Below, piece by piece: positions 15,168 to 24,490 of a stretch of DNA of 43,391 nucleotides. The notes under the pieces are model-generated. The model searched no databases. It was not told the origin of the DNA and was given only the letters and a program-made list of their open reading frames with translations. Position numbers and translations under genes: made by a program. Position 1 is the stretch's first letter. Each line of letters begins with the position of its first letter. The DNA lies in NCBI GenBank assembly GCA_036481345.1, contig JAZGHU010000037.1, positions 1 to 43,391 on the forward strand, in the 5' to 3' direction. The DNA is from Candidatus Woesearchaeota archaeon (GTDB lineage Archaea; Nanobdellota; Nanobdellia; Woesearchaeales; WJKL01).

Positions 15168-15950
15168 ATGGCAAAAGAAACAATTGAACAATTAGTAGAA
15201 GGCGGAAAAGCAACTGCAGCTCCACCATTAGGCCCTGCATTAGGACCAATGGGTGTAAATATAGGAGAAGTTGTTGCAGAAATCAATAAAAAAACAGAAT
15301 CATTCAAAGGAATGCAAGTTCCTGTTAAAGTTGTTATAGATACTGATACTAAAGAATTTGAAATAAGCGTGGGAACACCACCTGCTTCTGCATTAATCAA
15401 AAAAGAAGCTCATATTGAAAAAGGATCTGGAAATCCAAAAGCAGACAAGATTGCAGATCTATTAATTGAACAGATAATTAAGATTGCTAAGATGAAAGAA
15501 GGAGATCTTCTGGGCAAGACACTAAAAGATAAAGTAAAAGAAATTATTGGAACATGTAATTCTATGGGTGTTATGGTAGAAGGTCAAGCAGGATATAAAG
15601 CAATCAAACTTGTTAATGAAGGCAAATTTGATAAAGAGATCAAAGCAGAGAAGACAGAATTATCAGCAGAAGAGATGAAAAAGCTAGAAGAAGAAAGAAA
15701 GAAACTTGCTGTTGAGATTGAAAAGAGAAGATCAGAATACGAAAAAGTTGCTAAGGAAATCATTAACAAGATGGCTGGCAAAGATAGGGGAGATATTAAA
15801 GCTAAGTTGAAAGAAGCTAAGATTCCAGCAGCAATAATTGCTGAATTAATGCCAACAGAAGGAGTTGCTCCAGCAGAAGGTGTAGCGCCAGCTGAAGGCG
15901 CTCCAGCAGAGGAAGCTAAAGAAGCTCCAGCTGAAGAAACTAAAGAATAA
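15168..15950 (+). CDS. rpl11: Ribosomal protein uL11 with a ~100-aa C-terminal extension (coiled-coil segment plus Ala/Pro/Glu repeats)
   Basis: 260 aa. GGKATAAPPLGPALGPMGVNIGEVV is the L11 signature. Tail: EKTELSAEEMKKLEEERKKLAVEIEKRRSEYEK...EGVAPAEGVAPAEGAPAEEAKEAPAEETKE. Confidence 0.9.
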   Translation: MAKETIEQLVEGGKATAAPPLGPALGPMGVNIGEVVAEINKKTESFKGMQVPVKVVIDTDTKEFEISVGTPPASALIKKEAHIEKGSGNPKADKIADLLIEQIIKIAKMKEGDLLGKTLKDKVKEIIGTCNSMGVMVEGQAGYKAIKLVNEGKFDKEIKAEKTELSAEEMKKLEEERKKLAVEIEKRRSEYEKVAKEIINKMAGKDRGDIKAKLKEAKIPAAIIAELMPTEGVAPAEGVAPAEGAPAEEAKEAPAEETKE

Positions 15951-15955
15951 TTAAA

Positions 15956-16210
15956 TTATTTTTTCTTTACTTTTTTACTTTTCCTTTTTTCAAGTTCAGT
16001 AAGTTTTGACAATTCTTTAAGTTCTGATTTATTCAAAGAAGTCAGTGCTTTTATCAGCTTTGACATTGTTGTCTCTAATTTTCTTGATCTTCTTGTAAGA
16101 TAAGTTATCAAAATAAGTACAACAGTAATCTCCAGAACAAGGATTATAACAATAACTCCAAGCAATAATATCAGTTCAATAAGTGGTATTTCAAATCCAA
16201 ACACATACAT
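15956..16210 (-). CDS. Small membrane protein (N-terminal TM helix, basic coiled C-terminus)
   Basis: 84 aa ORF. LILLLGVIVIILVLEITVVLILITY. GAGGTTGA Shine-Dalgarno-like sequence ~6 nt upstream of the ATG. Last gene of the minus-strand island. Confidence 0.55.
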   Translation of the reverse strand: MYVFGFEIPLIELILLLGVIVIILVLEITVVLILITYLTRRSRKLETTMSKLIKALTSLNKSELKELSKLTELEKRKSKKVKKK

Positions 16211-16272
16211 TTTTTATCAACCTCTTCTTTTTATTTTTAATCTTTTAATATGTATATAAAAGTTTCTTTTAT

Positions 16273-18936
16273 TTAACTGCATCTATCTGCAATCAATTGT
16301 TGCAGAGCATCTTGATTCTTTTCATCTAAGCTTCTAGTGTCAGTCAAATCAAAATCACTTGTTCTTTTTTCAACTAATTCTGTGTCGTCATACAAAGCAT
16401 ATTCTAATTCATAATCATTGACAAACTTATCAACATATTCATATTGATATGCAAACATTACTGTTTCTCCTGCTTTGATAAGATACGGACCATAAACTTC
16501 TTCTGTAGAGCTTACTTTTGATTTAAACATTGATCCAAAGAATCCTCTGAAGAAGGAAGAAGATGGAACATAATCTTCATCAGCTTCTAGATTCATGCTA
16601 AGTTCAATAGTATATTCTTTGTCTATATTATGTGTATTAGATATAAGGAAATAGATATCAAATAGGGATTCATTATCTCTTTTATCAATAACAACTGCAA
16701 AAGTCTCTCCATTCAGATCAACAGGGATTGCTCTGCTGTATAAAACATCATCTCCAGATGTAACTTTTAATCTTAATGTTTCAGCATCGTTTGTAGATAG
16801 TGGTCTTAAAAATCCAAGACCAATATCAACTACATCTCCTGGATTTATTGTATCTCTGATTATTGGATCTGAAACTGTCCATTGTGTTGCTCTTGGATCA
16901 TCTACAACACTACTTGCAGACCACCCTAATAAATCATCAAAACCCCAACCAAATAATCTACCTGTGTGAGCTACATTAGGTATTTCCTGCAATGCAGGAG
17001 CTACAATCTCAAATGTAACATTATGAAATACTTTATCTCCTGTATTTACAAAGCTAAAGCATAGTGCTTCGTCTTCAACAGTGACAGCAACATCTGCTTC
17101 CTGAACTTCTTCAATAATTACTTCTTCAGCTTGTACAACTTCTACAGAGCTTCCGCCTCCGCTTGTTACAATAACTGCAGGTGCTTCTAAAATAGTCATA
17201 ACACTACTATATTCATGATCAACATAATCAGAACCATTAAAAGACCCAGTTCTGCACATCCAAGTGCTGTTAACAACAGTTTCTGAACTAGTTAAAGTAT
17301 TGATATCAACTTCAACTCCTGCTGTTTGCCCAGCTAGACTAAATCCATCAATACTATATCTTAATAATCTATAATCTCCAGAAGAATTACTTCCAATAAT
17401 ATTTGGATCATCATTGCTGTCAAAATCTATATCAATTAAATCATCATCATTTGATCTATTATATTCAAAATGCCATTCTTGACTTCCATATGAATTATAT
17501 TTAACAGCTAATCCTTTCGTGGAATTTGATCCCACAACAATAATATCATCATTACTATCCATATTCATTCCATTAATACTCCCAGAAGTCATACTAAATG
17601 TCTTGTTCCACAATAAAGTTCCAGATGAATTTAATTTAAGAGTCCATATATCAGAATCTGAACTACCGCTAACAATCACATCATCATTACTATCATTCTC
17701 AACATTAGTTGCAGATTCTGTTCCTCCATTATCTAAAGTTAAATTCCAAAGATTAGTTCCAGATGAATTAAACTTCATAATAAAATAATCTCCACTCTTT
17801 GATCCAACAGCATAGTAATTATTATTGCTATCTGCAGCCACATCACTCAAAGTAGGAACCGGTCCGGTATCAAAATCATTTAATAAAGCACCAGCAGAAC
17901 TATATTTCCTTACAACATAATCACTATCAGTTCCAGATACAATAATATCATCATTACTATCAACAGCAACTGCACCATATCCTGAAGGAGGCCCGGCAGG
18001 AGCTACAACATTCCAAATTGTAGACCCATTATTTGGATAAAGTTTCCTAATCCAATATTTGTCATTTCCGCCGCCATCTTCTATAGCTCCAACTACAATT
18101 ACATTGCCGCTGCTATCAACAGCTACATCTCCTGCAGCATCACCAAATCCTGCAGGATCATAAGTAACATTCCAAAGATGATTTCCAGAAGAATCATATT
18201 TTCCAACCCAAGCATCATCTTGAGCAGCAGGATAACTTAAACTGCCCACAATAAATATATCATCATTACTACCTACAGCAATAGCACTTAAACTGACATT
18301 CTCCTGAACATCTGCCTCTAGATCCAAACTTCTAACCAAACTTCCATTCTCAAACCAATATCCATCATAAGTTAAACTTGCTCCATTTGTATCAGTTGCA
18401 TTTGCACTACAGATAAGATTATCAGTAGTTATATTAGCTCCAGTTGAAGATCTTAATTTAACATTAATTGTTTCAACAACAACTGAAACATCACTTACAA
18501 CAACAATATCTGTTAAATTTAATGTGTCATATCCTGTCTTATTGCAGCTTACATTCCAATCATATGTTCCAGATGTGTTAAAGCTTCTATTGTATTCATA
18601 CAATCCAGAGATTTCAGTCATATTATCCCATAAACTAGTATCATTAAACCAGATTGTACAATTAGCTCCTGTAAGTTCATCAGTTGAATTTGTATAATTA
18701 GCATAAAAATTAATTGTTTCATTTTCATACTTAATAACAGTATCTGTTGTATCCCAAATAGTCAAGTTTGTTTGATTTCCACTAGCATTTCCCCCGCCAT
18801 AAACAGGAGCTCCTGTTATGCCCCTATAATCATTCAAAATAAATATAGCTAAAACTAATACAATTGTCAATAATACTGCTGTTCCTGTTCCTAATTCAGT
18901 TTTTTTATTTCTCTTTAGCATCTCTCCACTCCTCAA
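16273..18936 (-). CDS. Large surface protein: N-terminal membrane anchor, sequon-rich Ig-like region, SBBP-type beta-propeller repeats, unknown C-terminal domain
   Basis: 887 aa. TM GTAVLLTIVLVLAIFIL. About 7 repeats of the pattern Y/F-x-S-S-G-x-x-x-W-N ... D-S-N-D-D-I-I-V-x-G (KYDSSGNHLWNV, VDSSGNVIVVG, FNSSGTNLWNL, LNSSGTLLWNK, YNSYGSQEWHF). Start overlaps the upstream gene by 32 nt. Confidence 0.8.
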   Translation of the reverse strand: MRSGEMLKRNKKTELGTGTAVLLTIVLVLAIFILNDYRGITGAPVYGGGNASGNQTNLTIWDTTDTVIKYENETINFYANYTNSTDELTGANCTIWFNDTSLWDNMTEISGLYEYNRSFNTSGTYDWNVSCNKTGYDTLNLTDIVVVSDVSVVVETINVKLRSSTGANITTDNLICSANATDTNGASLTYDGYWFENGSLVRSLDLEADVQENVSLSAIAVGSNDDIFIVGSLSYPAAQDDAWVGKYDSSGNHLWNVTYDPAGFGDAAGDVAVDSSGNVIVVGAIEDGGGNDKYWIRKLYPNNGSTIWNVVAPAGPPSGYGAVAVDSNDDIIVSGTDSDYVVRKYSSAGALLNDFDTGPVPTLSDVAADSNNNYYAVGSKSGDYFIMKFNSSGTNLWNLTLDNGGTESATNVENDSNDDVIVSGSSDSDIWTLKLNSSGTLLWNKTFSMTSGSINGMNMDSNDDIIVVGSNSTKGLAVKYNSYGSQEWHFEYNRSNDDDLIDIDFDSNDDPNIIGSNSSGDYRLLRYSIDGFSLAGQTAGVEVDINTLTSSETVVNSTWMCRTGSFNGSDYVDHEYSSVMTILEAPAVIVTSGGGSSVEVVQAEEVIIEEVQEADVAVTVEDEALCFSFVNTGDKVFHNVTFEIVAPALQEIPNVAHTGRLFGWGFDDLLGWSASSVVDDPRATQWTVSDPIIRDTINPGDVVDIGLGFLRPLSTNDAETLRLKVTSGDDVLYSRAIPVDLNGETFAVVIDKRDNESLFDIYFLISNTHNIDKEYTIELSMNLEADEDYVPSSSFFRGFFGSMFKSKVSSTEEVYGPYLIKAGETVMFAYQYEYVDKFVNDYELEYALYDDTELVEKRTSDFDLTDTRSLDEKNQDALQQLIADRCS

Positions 18937-21900
18937 ATTCTATTATAAGATAAGTTGCAATCAAACCTAATTGAAATACAAACATAAATTTAGATAAACT
19001 GTATACTATAACAAATAATAATAAACTTATAATACTTGTTGAAAACATCCATAATAATGCTCTTTTTTTATGAACTCCTTTTTCTTTAGAATAATGCTTT
19101 GCTAAAACAACAAAAAATACAAGACTAGCTAATAACATCCCATACCATAATAAGAATGGAATCTCGCCTATCTTTGCCTGCATTGGACTTTCTAATCTTA
19201 CTTTCACAGCCCCACAAGGTCTGCAAGGTCCTCCGCAATCAACACCTTCTTCTCCTCTATTTTTGACTCCATCAGAACAGGAAGGAACAACTAATTCTTT
19301 TATTTCTTCTTCAGGCTTTTGTAGAATAATATCTGGATAATCGCTTCCTCCACCTCCTCCGCCAGAAGAGCCTCCATTCGGACAAGCACCGCAATCAGCA
19401 GAACAACTTGTACAATCTTCCCATGAGTCGCATGATTGATTGTCAGAATCTGCATCAATACCACAGGAATCATTAATAGATGTTGTCTTGGAAGCAAATT
19501 TGGTGTCATATCCAGATAATACAGTTACATTGATTTCAGTTGAATTTGTTAATGCCTTTGCTTCCATTATGAAATTAACAATTATTGACTCATTAATTAA
19601 GAGTGTGGAAATATTATAAGGATTTGCTGAAGATATATCAAAATAAGTTGAATCATAGCCAAGCGTGACTATGATATCATTTGCATTTTCTGTTCCATTA
19701 TTGCTTATATTAACTGCAGCCACTATGGTCTGACCAATATAGATTTGGCTGATATTTATTGTTGAGACTTGTAAAACCTCAAATCCCCTGAGAATATCTA
19801 CCTGTGGATTTGTTGATTGCTGGTTTTGTGTTGGGTCTGCAGCATAAGAAAGTGAAGTGGCAACAGTAACATGCTTGTTTTGAATCGCATTATAGTTAGG
19901 AGTAAGGTTAAATGAGATAATTTCATTGCTATCTTCAGATATATTGACTACAATGTAATCAACACTGTTATTTGTAAAGGCAATTGATGGAGCCCAGGTT
20001 ATGTTCAAGACAACATTATCTGCTTTAGTTCCTAGATTGGTTACATTAGCATAAACAGTTATATTGCTTCCATTAAGAACGCCAACTGTATCACCAAATT
20101 CCTGTAAATTAGGGTAGCTTGGAGTAATAACATTATCCTGCAGCACTAGATAAGGTGTACTTGGCTCAAATCCTGATATATTGCAAGCACCAACTGGGTC
20201 ATTATCACATACTCCTGTAACCTTTGTTTGTTTATATCCTGTGCTAATAACAGTTATATTCCATACTTGATACTTGATATAAGAAAGGCACAATGCTGGT
20301 AACCATGGATTAGTGCAGTTTGTTACGTTTCCAATATTTTGAACCAAAGAGCTTGTTGTGTTTAAACTATTGCTTAATTTTAATGTTAAGTTTAGATTTT
20401 GTGCTGTTTCATTGCCTATGTTTGATATTGTAGTATTCAAAATAAACCATTCCCCCACATTAACAGTACTTATGGCGGGAATAGAAGTAAGAGAATAATC
20501 CATTCCAGGGGATGATAGTGTATAGATTTCAATCGTATGGTCATTTGTAACATTTTCTGAGAAATCAACTGTTTGCGTAGCTGTAACATTCCCTAAGAAC
20601 CCAGGGATAGTTGCATAAGCATCTAAATCATAATAACCAGTAACATTCGGGAAAGTAATTGTATATGGCCAATGCACTTTCAAAGATGAATTTGAAGAAA
20701 GCGAATAGTTTACATGACCATTGATTGTTAGATTAAATGAATCAATGCCATTTCCATTGTTTGCATTTGACGGCGGTGTTGTAGTAAGAATCAAGCTTAT
20801 GTTTCTTGTCTGATTTCCTTTGTTTGTTAATTTAATTATTTTATAATTATAGGAAGGGAGTAATGGTGTGTCATGGATAGAGGTAGGATAACGATTCTTT
20901 AATCCCTCCAATCCATTATAAGACAAAAAGTCTACATCAATTAAATCAGTGATTGGGGACAGTACGTTAATCACTTTCTGGTCTTTATTATCATTAGGGT
21001 CTGAATCCACAGAGCCAGCAGCTTCAATTGCTAATGTTCTAAATCCACTGTCATTTACACCAGGAGTCCAGTTAAATTCAATTTCAATTGTTGCAAATCC
21101 AGAAATATTAAAATACCTAATTTCTTTTTGTATATTATCCACAGTAAAGTTCGCAATCATGTTCTTTAACAGTCCAGAATCCTGATTAGTTATATTAGCT
21201 TTTACAGATATATTATCTCCTGCAGTAAATGTAGTTGTAGTAGGAGAAATCAGAACAAGTTCCATGTCACCAAAAGTGAAATCATCATCACCATCCAAAG
21301 GATCAGAGCCTCTTGTAACCTCCTGGCCGTCATTAACTCCTCCATCGTCAGTATCTGGATTCGTAGGACTTGTGTTGTGTGTATTTACCTCTGCTCCATC
21401 AGTTAGTCCATCATCATCAGAATCAGAATCATTTGGATTAGTGTTATTACCATATTCCTGGCCATCACTTAACCCATCACTGTCTGAATCTGAATTATTA
21501 GGGTCTGTTATATTTCCATCTATTCCTGGAACAACTTCTTCATAGTCTGTTAATCCATCACTGTCTGCATCGCAAGTAGTGCAATAACATAAAGATTTGT
21601 CATAAACACATAAACTTTCATCAACACAGCCATCTTGTATTCCATTGCAGTCAGCACATGCACACCCTTCTCCTGGATCACATGTTCCATTTGCTGAGCC
21701 AATACATCCTTGATCTGCTCCGTCTGTACTGCTGCAATTAGAAGAGCATGAACCATCAGTACATAATGTTGTTCCAGCAGCACAAGGAGGACAAGTTAAT
21801 CCTTCATCAATCAGATTGTCACAATCATTATCCTGGCCATCACAAACCTCTGTAGCTCCTGGATAAGTTGTATTATCTGCGTCATTACAATCATTATCAC

Positions 21901-23830
21901 ATTCAGTATCATAATTATCTCCATCATTATCAGTTATACTGGTAGTATTTGAACAATATGACGGGCAAGTTCCTGGATTATTACAGGTATAAATATAATA
22001 TGTTCCTGATATACAATTATTATTTCCGCATTGGACATTATTAGTGCAGGCAATTGGCAATCCTTCATCTATAAATGCATTACAATTTTCATCTAATCCA
22101 TTGCATATTTCTGTTGCTCCTGGATTTATTGATGCATCTGAGTCATTACAATCACTATCACACTGGATATCATATCCGTCATTATCACTATCAGTTATAT
22201 TTGTGGTATTTGAACAATATGATGAGCAAGTTCCTGGATTATTACAATTAAAAGAATAATATGTTCCTAATGCACAGCCATTGCTTCCGCATTGGATATC
22301 ATTAGTGCAGGCAACTGCCAGTCCTTCATCTTCCTGTCCATTACAGTTGTCATCTACATCATTGCATATTTCTGATGTTCCTGGACTGATTGATGCATCA
22401 TTATCATTACAGTCTGTATTGTCTGAAACATATCCTCCTGGTTGAATGCAAACTGTTTGGCTGACAGAAGCATTTCCATAGGTATCTGAATCAAGATCTT
22501 GATAATAAGTAGAGGTTGGAACTTCGTCAACATTTCCATCACAATTGTTGTCTAAATTATCGCAGCTTGTTTCTGGATTTTCATAATTAGCAACACCTGC
22601 GTAATTATCTGACCAGCTTCCACTGCAAGACTGTGTGCTTCCAGAACAAACTCCTGCTTGTTTTGAATTTAGGGGGGCTGCTTCTCCAGAGCCATCTGTT
22701 GTTAGGGCATTACAATCATTATCCTGGCCATCACAGACTTCTGTAGCTCCTGGATTTATTGAAGAATTTGAATCATTGCAGTCTACAGTACCACAGCCTA
22801 TTCCACTTGCATTATAACCATCACCATCACCATCAATGCAAAGTAAACTAACTGTATAATCACTGCTTTTTGGAGTTGCATCAGTTCCATTTGTATCATT
22901 AGCATAAACAGTATAATCCACCAAGCCTGTTTCTGCTGAAGTATTATGGTTTAATGTCCAAATATCACCAACATTCTCTAAGATTGTATAATTTATTCCA
23001 TTAATCTCAACCCAAACAGAATCAACAGTAATATCACTAGTTACATTAGCTGTTATTGTGATATTTTGTGATTGAGTTACAGGATCCGGATTATCTGTGA
23101 TTGAATTAATAATGATCATCCCTGGTTCTGGTATTTCTGGAAGAAGCTCCTGCAAGCCATAATGAAGAATATCAACCTGCACTTCAACATCTCCATCAAT
23201 CTCAAATATAAGATCATACTCTATCTGATTTGTTTCAACTAAATAACATGAATCTTTGCAACTATAATTAAACTCAAATACAGATGTTTGATTATCACAT
23301 ACTGTTTGATTTGTTTGATTATAAGCAATGCAATCATCCTCATCATCGTCATCATCATCGCCATCACATTCGTCATCATCACATTCGTCGTCATCATCAT
23401 CTCCACAGCCATCTCCTGGCGGTTCAGGTGGTGTTTCATTTCCATCACAAGATGCATTTCCCACACTTCCTTCAACAACCAAGAGTTTTCCCATGCCATC
23501 TCTATAAGAAATATTGAAATTTCCACTTCCATTTGCTCTTCCAGTTAATCTAATATAATTCAGATTAAACAATTCAGGATGTTCATCCAAGCTCCAATTA
23601 ATCTCTTGAGATTCATTTATTGATAAATCCATATCCTGGCTATAATCAGTTAGATTTCCTAGTACAACTTGTCCTGTAATGGTTGGCCTAATAAAGAAAA
23701 GACTAATTGTAAGTATAACAAAGGCAAGCAAGAAAATGAAACTTGGTGATGTTCTTTCTAGATGAGTGAAAGCTTTTTTTATCTTACTGAAATAAAGATT
23801 CGCAGTCCTCCATCTATCTTGATTTATCAT
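18905..23830 (-). CDS. Giant surface protein (1641 aa): N-terminal anchor, poly-Asp/Cys cluster, Cys-rich DxDxDG-type metal-binding motif repeats, TSP3-type Ca-binding repeats, CARDB/NEW3-like domains, Cys-knot and 3 C-terminal TM helices
   Basis: GCGDDDDDECDDDECDGDDDDDDEDDC. Repeats of the form DCNDSDASINPGATEICNGLDENCN. DSDSDGLSDGQE...DSDDDGLTDGAE...DTDDGGVNDGQE. C-terminus GGSSGGGGGGSD...CSDGVKNRGEEGVDCGGPCRPC followed by hydrophobic helices. Confidence 0.85.
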   Translation of the reverse strand: MINQDRWRTANLYFSKIKKAFTHLERTSPSFIFLLAFVILTISLFFIRPTITGQVVLGNLTDYSQDMDLSINESQEINWSLDEHPELFNLNYIRLTGRANGSGNFNISYRDGMGKLLVVEGSVGNASCDGNETPPEPPGDGCGDDDDDECDDDECDGDDDDDDEDDCIAYNQTNQTVCDNQTSVFEFNYSCKDSCYLVETNQIEYDLIFEIDGDVEVQVDILHYGLQELLPEIPEPGMIIINSITDNPDPVTQSQNITITANVTSDITVDSVWVEINGINYTILENVGDIWTLNHNTSAETGLVDYTVYANDTNGTDATPKSSDYTVSLLCIDGDGDGYNASGIGCGTVDCNDSNSSINPGATEVCDGQDNDCNALTTDGSGEAAPLNSKQAGVCSGSTQSCSGSWSDNYAGVANYENPETSCDNLDNNCDGNVDEVPTSTYYQDLDSDTYGNASVSQTVCIQPGGYVSDNTDCNDNDASISPGTSEICNDVDDNCNGQEDEGLAVACTNDIQCGSNGCALGTYYSFNCNNPGTCSSYCSNTTNITDSDNDGYDIQCDSDCNDSDASINPGATEICNGLDENCNAFIDEGLPIACTNNVQCGNNNCISGTYYIYTCNNPGTCPSYCSNTTSITDNDGDNYDTECDNDCNDADNTTYPGATEVCDGQDNDCDNLIDEGLTCPPCAAGTTLCTDGSCSSNCSSTDGADQGCIGSANGTCDPGEGCACADCNGIQDGCVDESLCVYDKSLCYCTTCDADSDGLTDYEEVVPGIDGNITDPNNSDSDSDGLSDGQEYGNNTNPNDSDSDDDGLTDGAEVNTHNTSPTNPDTDDGGVNDGQEVTRGSDPLDGDDDFTFGDMELVLISPTTTTFTAGDNISVKANITNQDSGLLKNMIANFTVDNIQKEIRYFNISGFATIEIEFNWTPGVNDSGFRTLAIEAAGSVDSDPNDNKDQKVINVLSPITDLIDVDFLSYNGLEGLKNRYPTSIHDTPLLPSYNYKIIKLTNKGNQTRNISLILTTTPPSNANNGNGIDSFNLTINGHVNYSLSSNSSLKVHWPYTITFPNVTGYYDLDAYATIPGFLGNVTATQTVDFSENVTNDHTIEIYTLSSPGMDYSLTSIPAISTVNVGEWFILNTTISNIGNETAQNLNLTLKLSNSLNTTSSLVQNIGNVTNCTNPWLPALCLSYIKYQVWNITVISTGYKQTKVTGVCDNDPVGACNISGFEPSTPYLVLQDNVITPSYPNLQEFGDTVGVLNGSNITVYANVTNLGTKADNVVLNITWAPSIAFTNNSVDYIVVNISEDSNEIISFNLTPNYNAIQNKHVTVATSLSYAADPTQNQQSTNPQVDILRGFEVLQVSTINISQIYIGQTIVAAVNISNNGTENANDIIVTLGYDSTYFDISSANPYNISTLLINESIIVNFIMEAKALTNSTEINVTVLSGYDTKFASKTTSINDSCGIDADSDNQSCDSWEDCTSCSADCGACPNGGSSGGGGGGSDYPDIILQKPEEEIKELVVPSCSDGVKNRGEEGVDCGGPCRPCGAVKVRLESPMQAKIGEIPFLLWYGMLLASLVFFVVLAKHYSKEKGVHKKRALLWMFSTSIISLLLFVIVYSLSKFMFVFQLGLIATYLIIEFEEWRDAKEK

Positions 23831-24102
23831 TTCTTAACAAGCACCTCTTTTTTATCATATTTACATTCCCAGAATTGCAGAAATTCTTCTACTTCTTTTG
23901 CAAACTTTGAAGAAACAAGCATAACAGCCCTTCCCAGCTGTTCAATTTTATATTGTTTTACAATCCCACTTTTGCCATCTCTTCCCTTCATGGCATAGTA
24001 GAATCTTATCTTGTCTTTTTTCAGCAGATGTTGAGTAGAATAACTAAATAAAAACTTAGAATCATACTTCTTTTTGTCTATTACTACTTCTTTTTTAACC
24101 AT
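23827..24102 (-). CDS. Hypothetical 91-aa protein, translationally coupled to the 1641-aa gene
   Basis: ORF track. ATGA stop/start overlap at 23827-23830. No family recognised (KIRFYYAMKGRDGKSGIV...). Confidence 0.6.
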   Translation of the reverse strand: MVKKEVVIDKKKYDSKFLFSYSTQHLLKKDKIRFYYAMKGRDGKSGIVKQYKIEQLGRAVMLVSSKFAKEVEEFLQFWECKYDKKEVLVKK

Positions 24103-24124
24103 TATTTCAACATCAGGATAAAAA

Positions 24125-24144
24125 AGAAGTCTGTTGAACTTGTT
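24125..24144 (+). repeat. Copy 2 of the exact 20-nt repeat AGAAGTCTGTTGAACTTGTT
   Basis: Identical to 12610-12629. Lies 23-42 nt upstream of the minus-strand ATG at 24102, so it is transcribed there, if at all, as the reverse complement. Confidence 0.8.
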
Positions 24145-24306
24145 TCAACAATACCTCTTTTCCCACACTATATACCTTATGTTAAATAAGTTAACAAGTT
24201 TAGTATATAAATGTTTCTATGTTATATAGGTTAACAGAGAATAAGACGAGAGAAATTTTTCAAGAAGAAATCCTTATTCTATCATATAACCTTATTTTTA
24301 AGGTTT

Positions 24307-24417
24307 TTAAGGACTTACAACAGTTGCTGATGTTATAGACGGGCCAAAATTCAACAGGAGGTAAACTCCAAAAATAATAATGGCAATAACAACACCATAC
24401 AGTATTGTTTTTTTCAT
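24307..24417 (-). CDS. Possible 36-aa single-TM micro-protein
   Basis: Hand translation MKKTILYGVVIAIIIFGVYLLLNFGPSITSATVVSP-stop. Below the ORF-track cut-off. No further support. Confidence 0.3.
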   Translation of the reverse strand: MKKTILYGVVIAIIIFGVYLLLNFGPSITSATVVSP

Positions 24418-24490
24418 TTTTATTTAAGTATAAAACAACATACTTTACATCTTTATATTATTTTCTCTTCTGAAAGAGAAAAAAGTATAT

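Noticed and set aside
14535-15191. 218-aa Ser-rich ORF on the minus strand.
   Set aside because: It is the antisense shadow of the GAA/AAG-rich Spt5 tail and the rpl11 start. It is low-complexity and fully overlaps well-supported genes.
23284-23548. His-rich and Ile-rich plus-strand ORFs (77 and 86 aa).
   Set aside because: They are reverse-complement reading of the poly-Asp/Cys (GAT/GAC/TGT) tract of the 1641-aa gene and have no independent signals.
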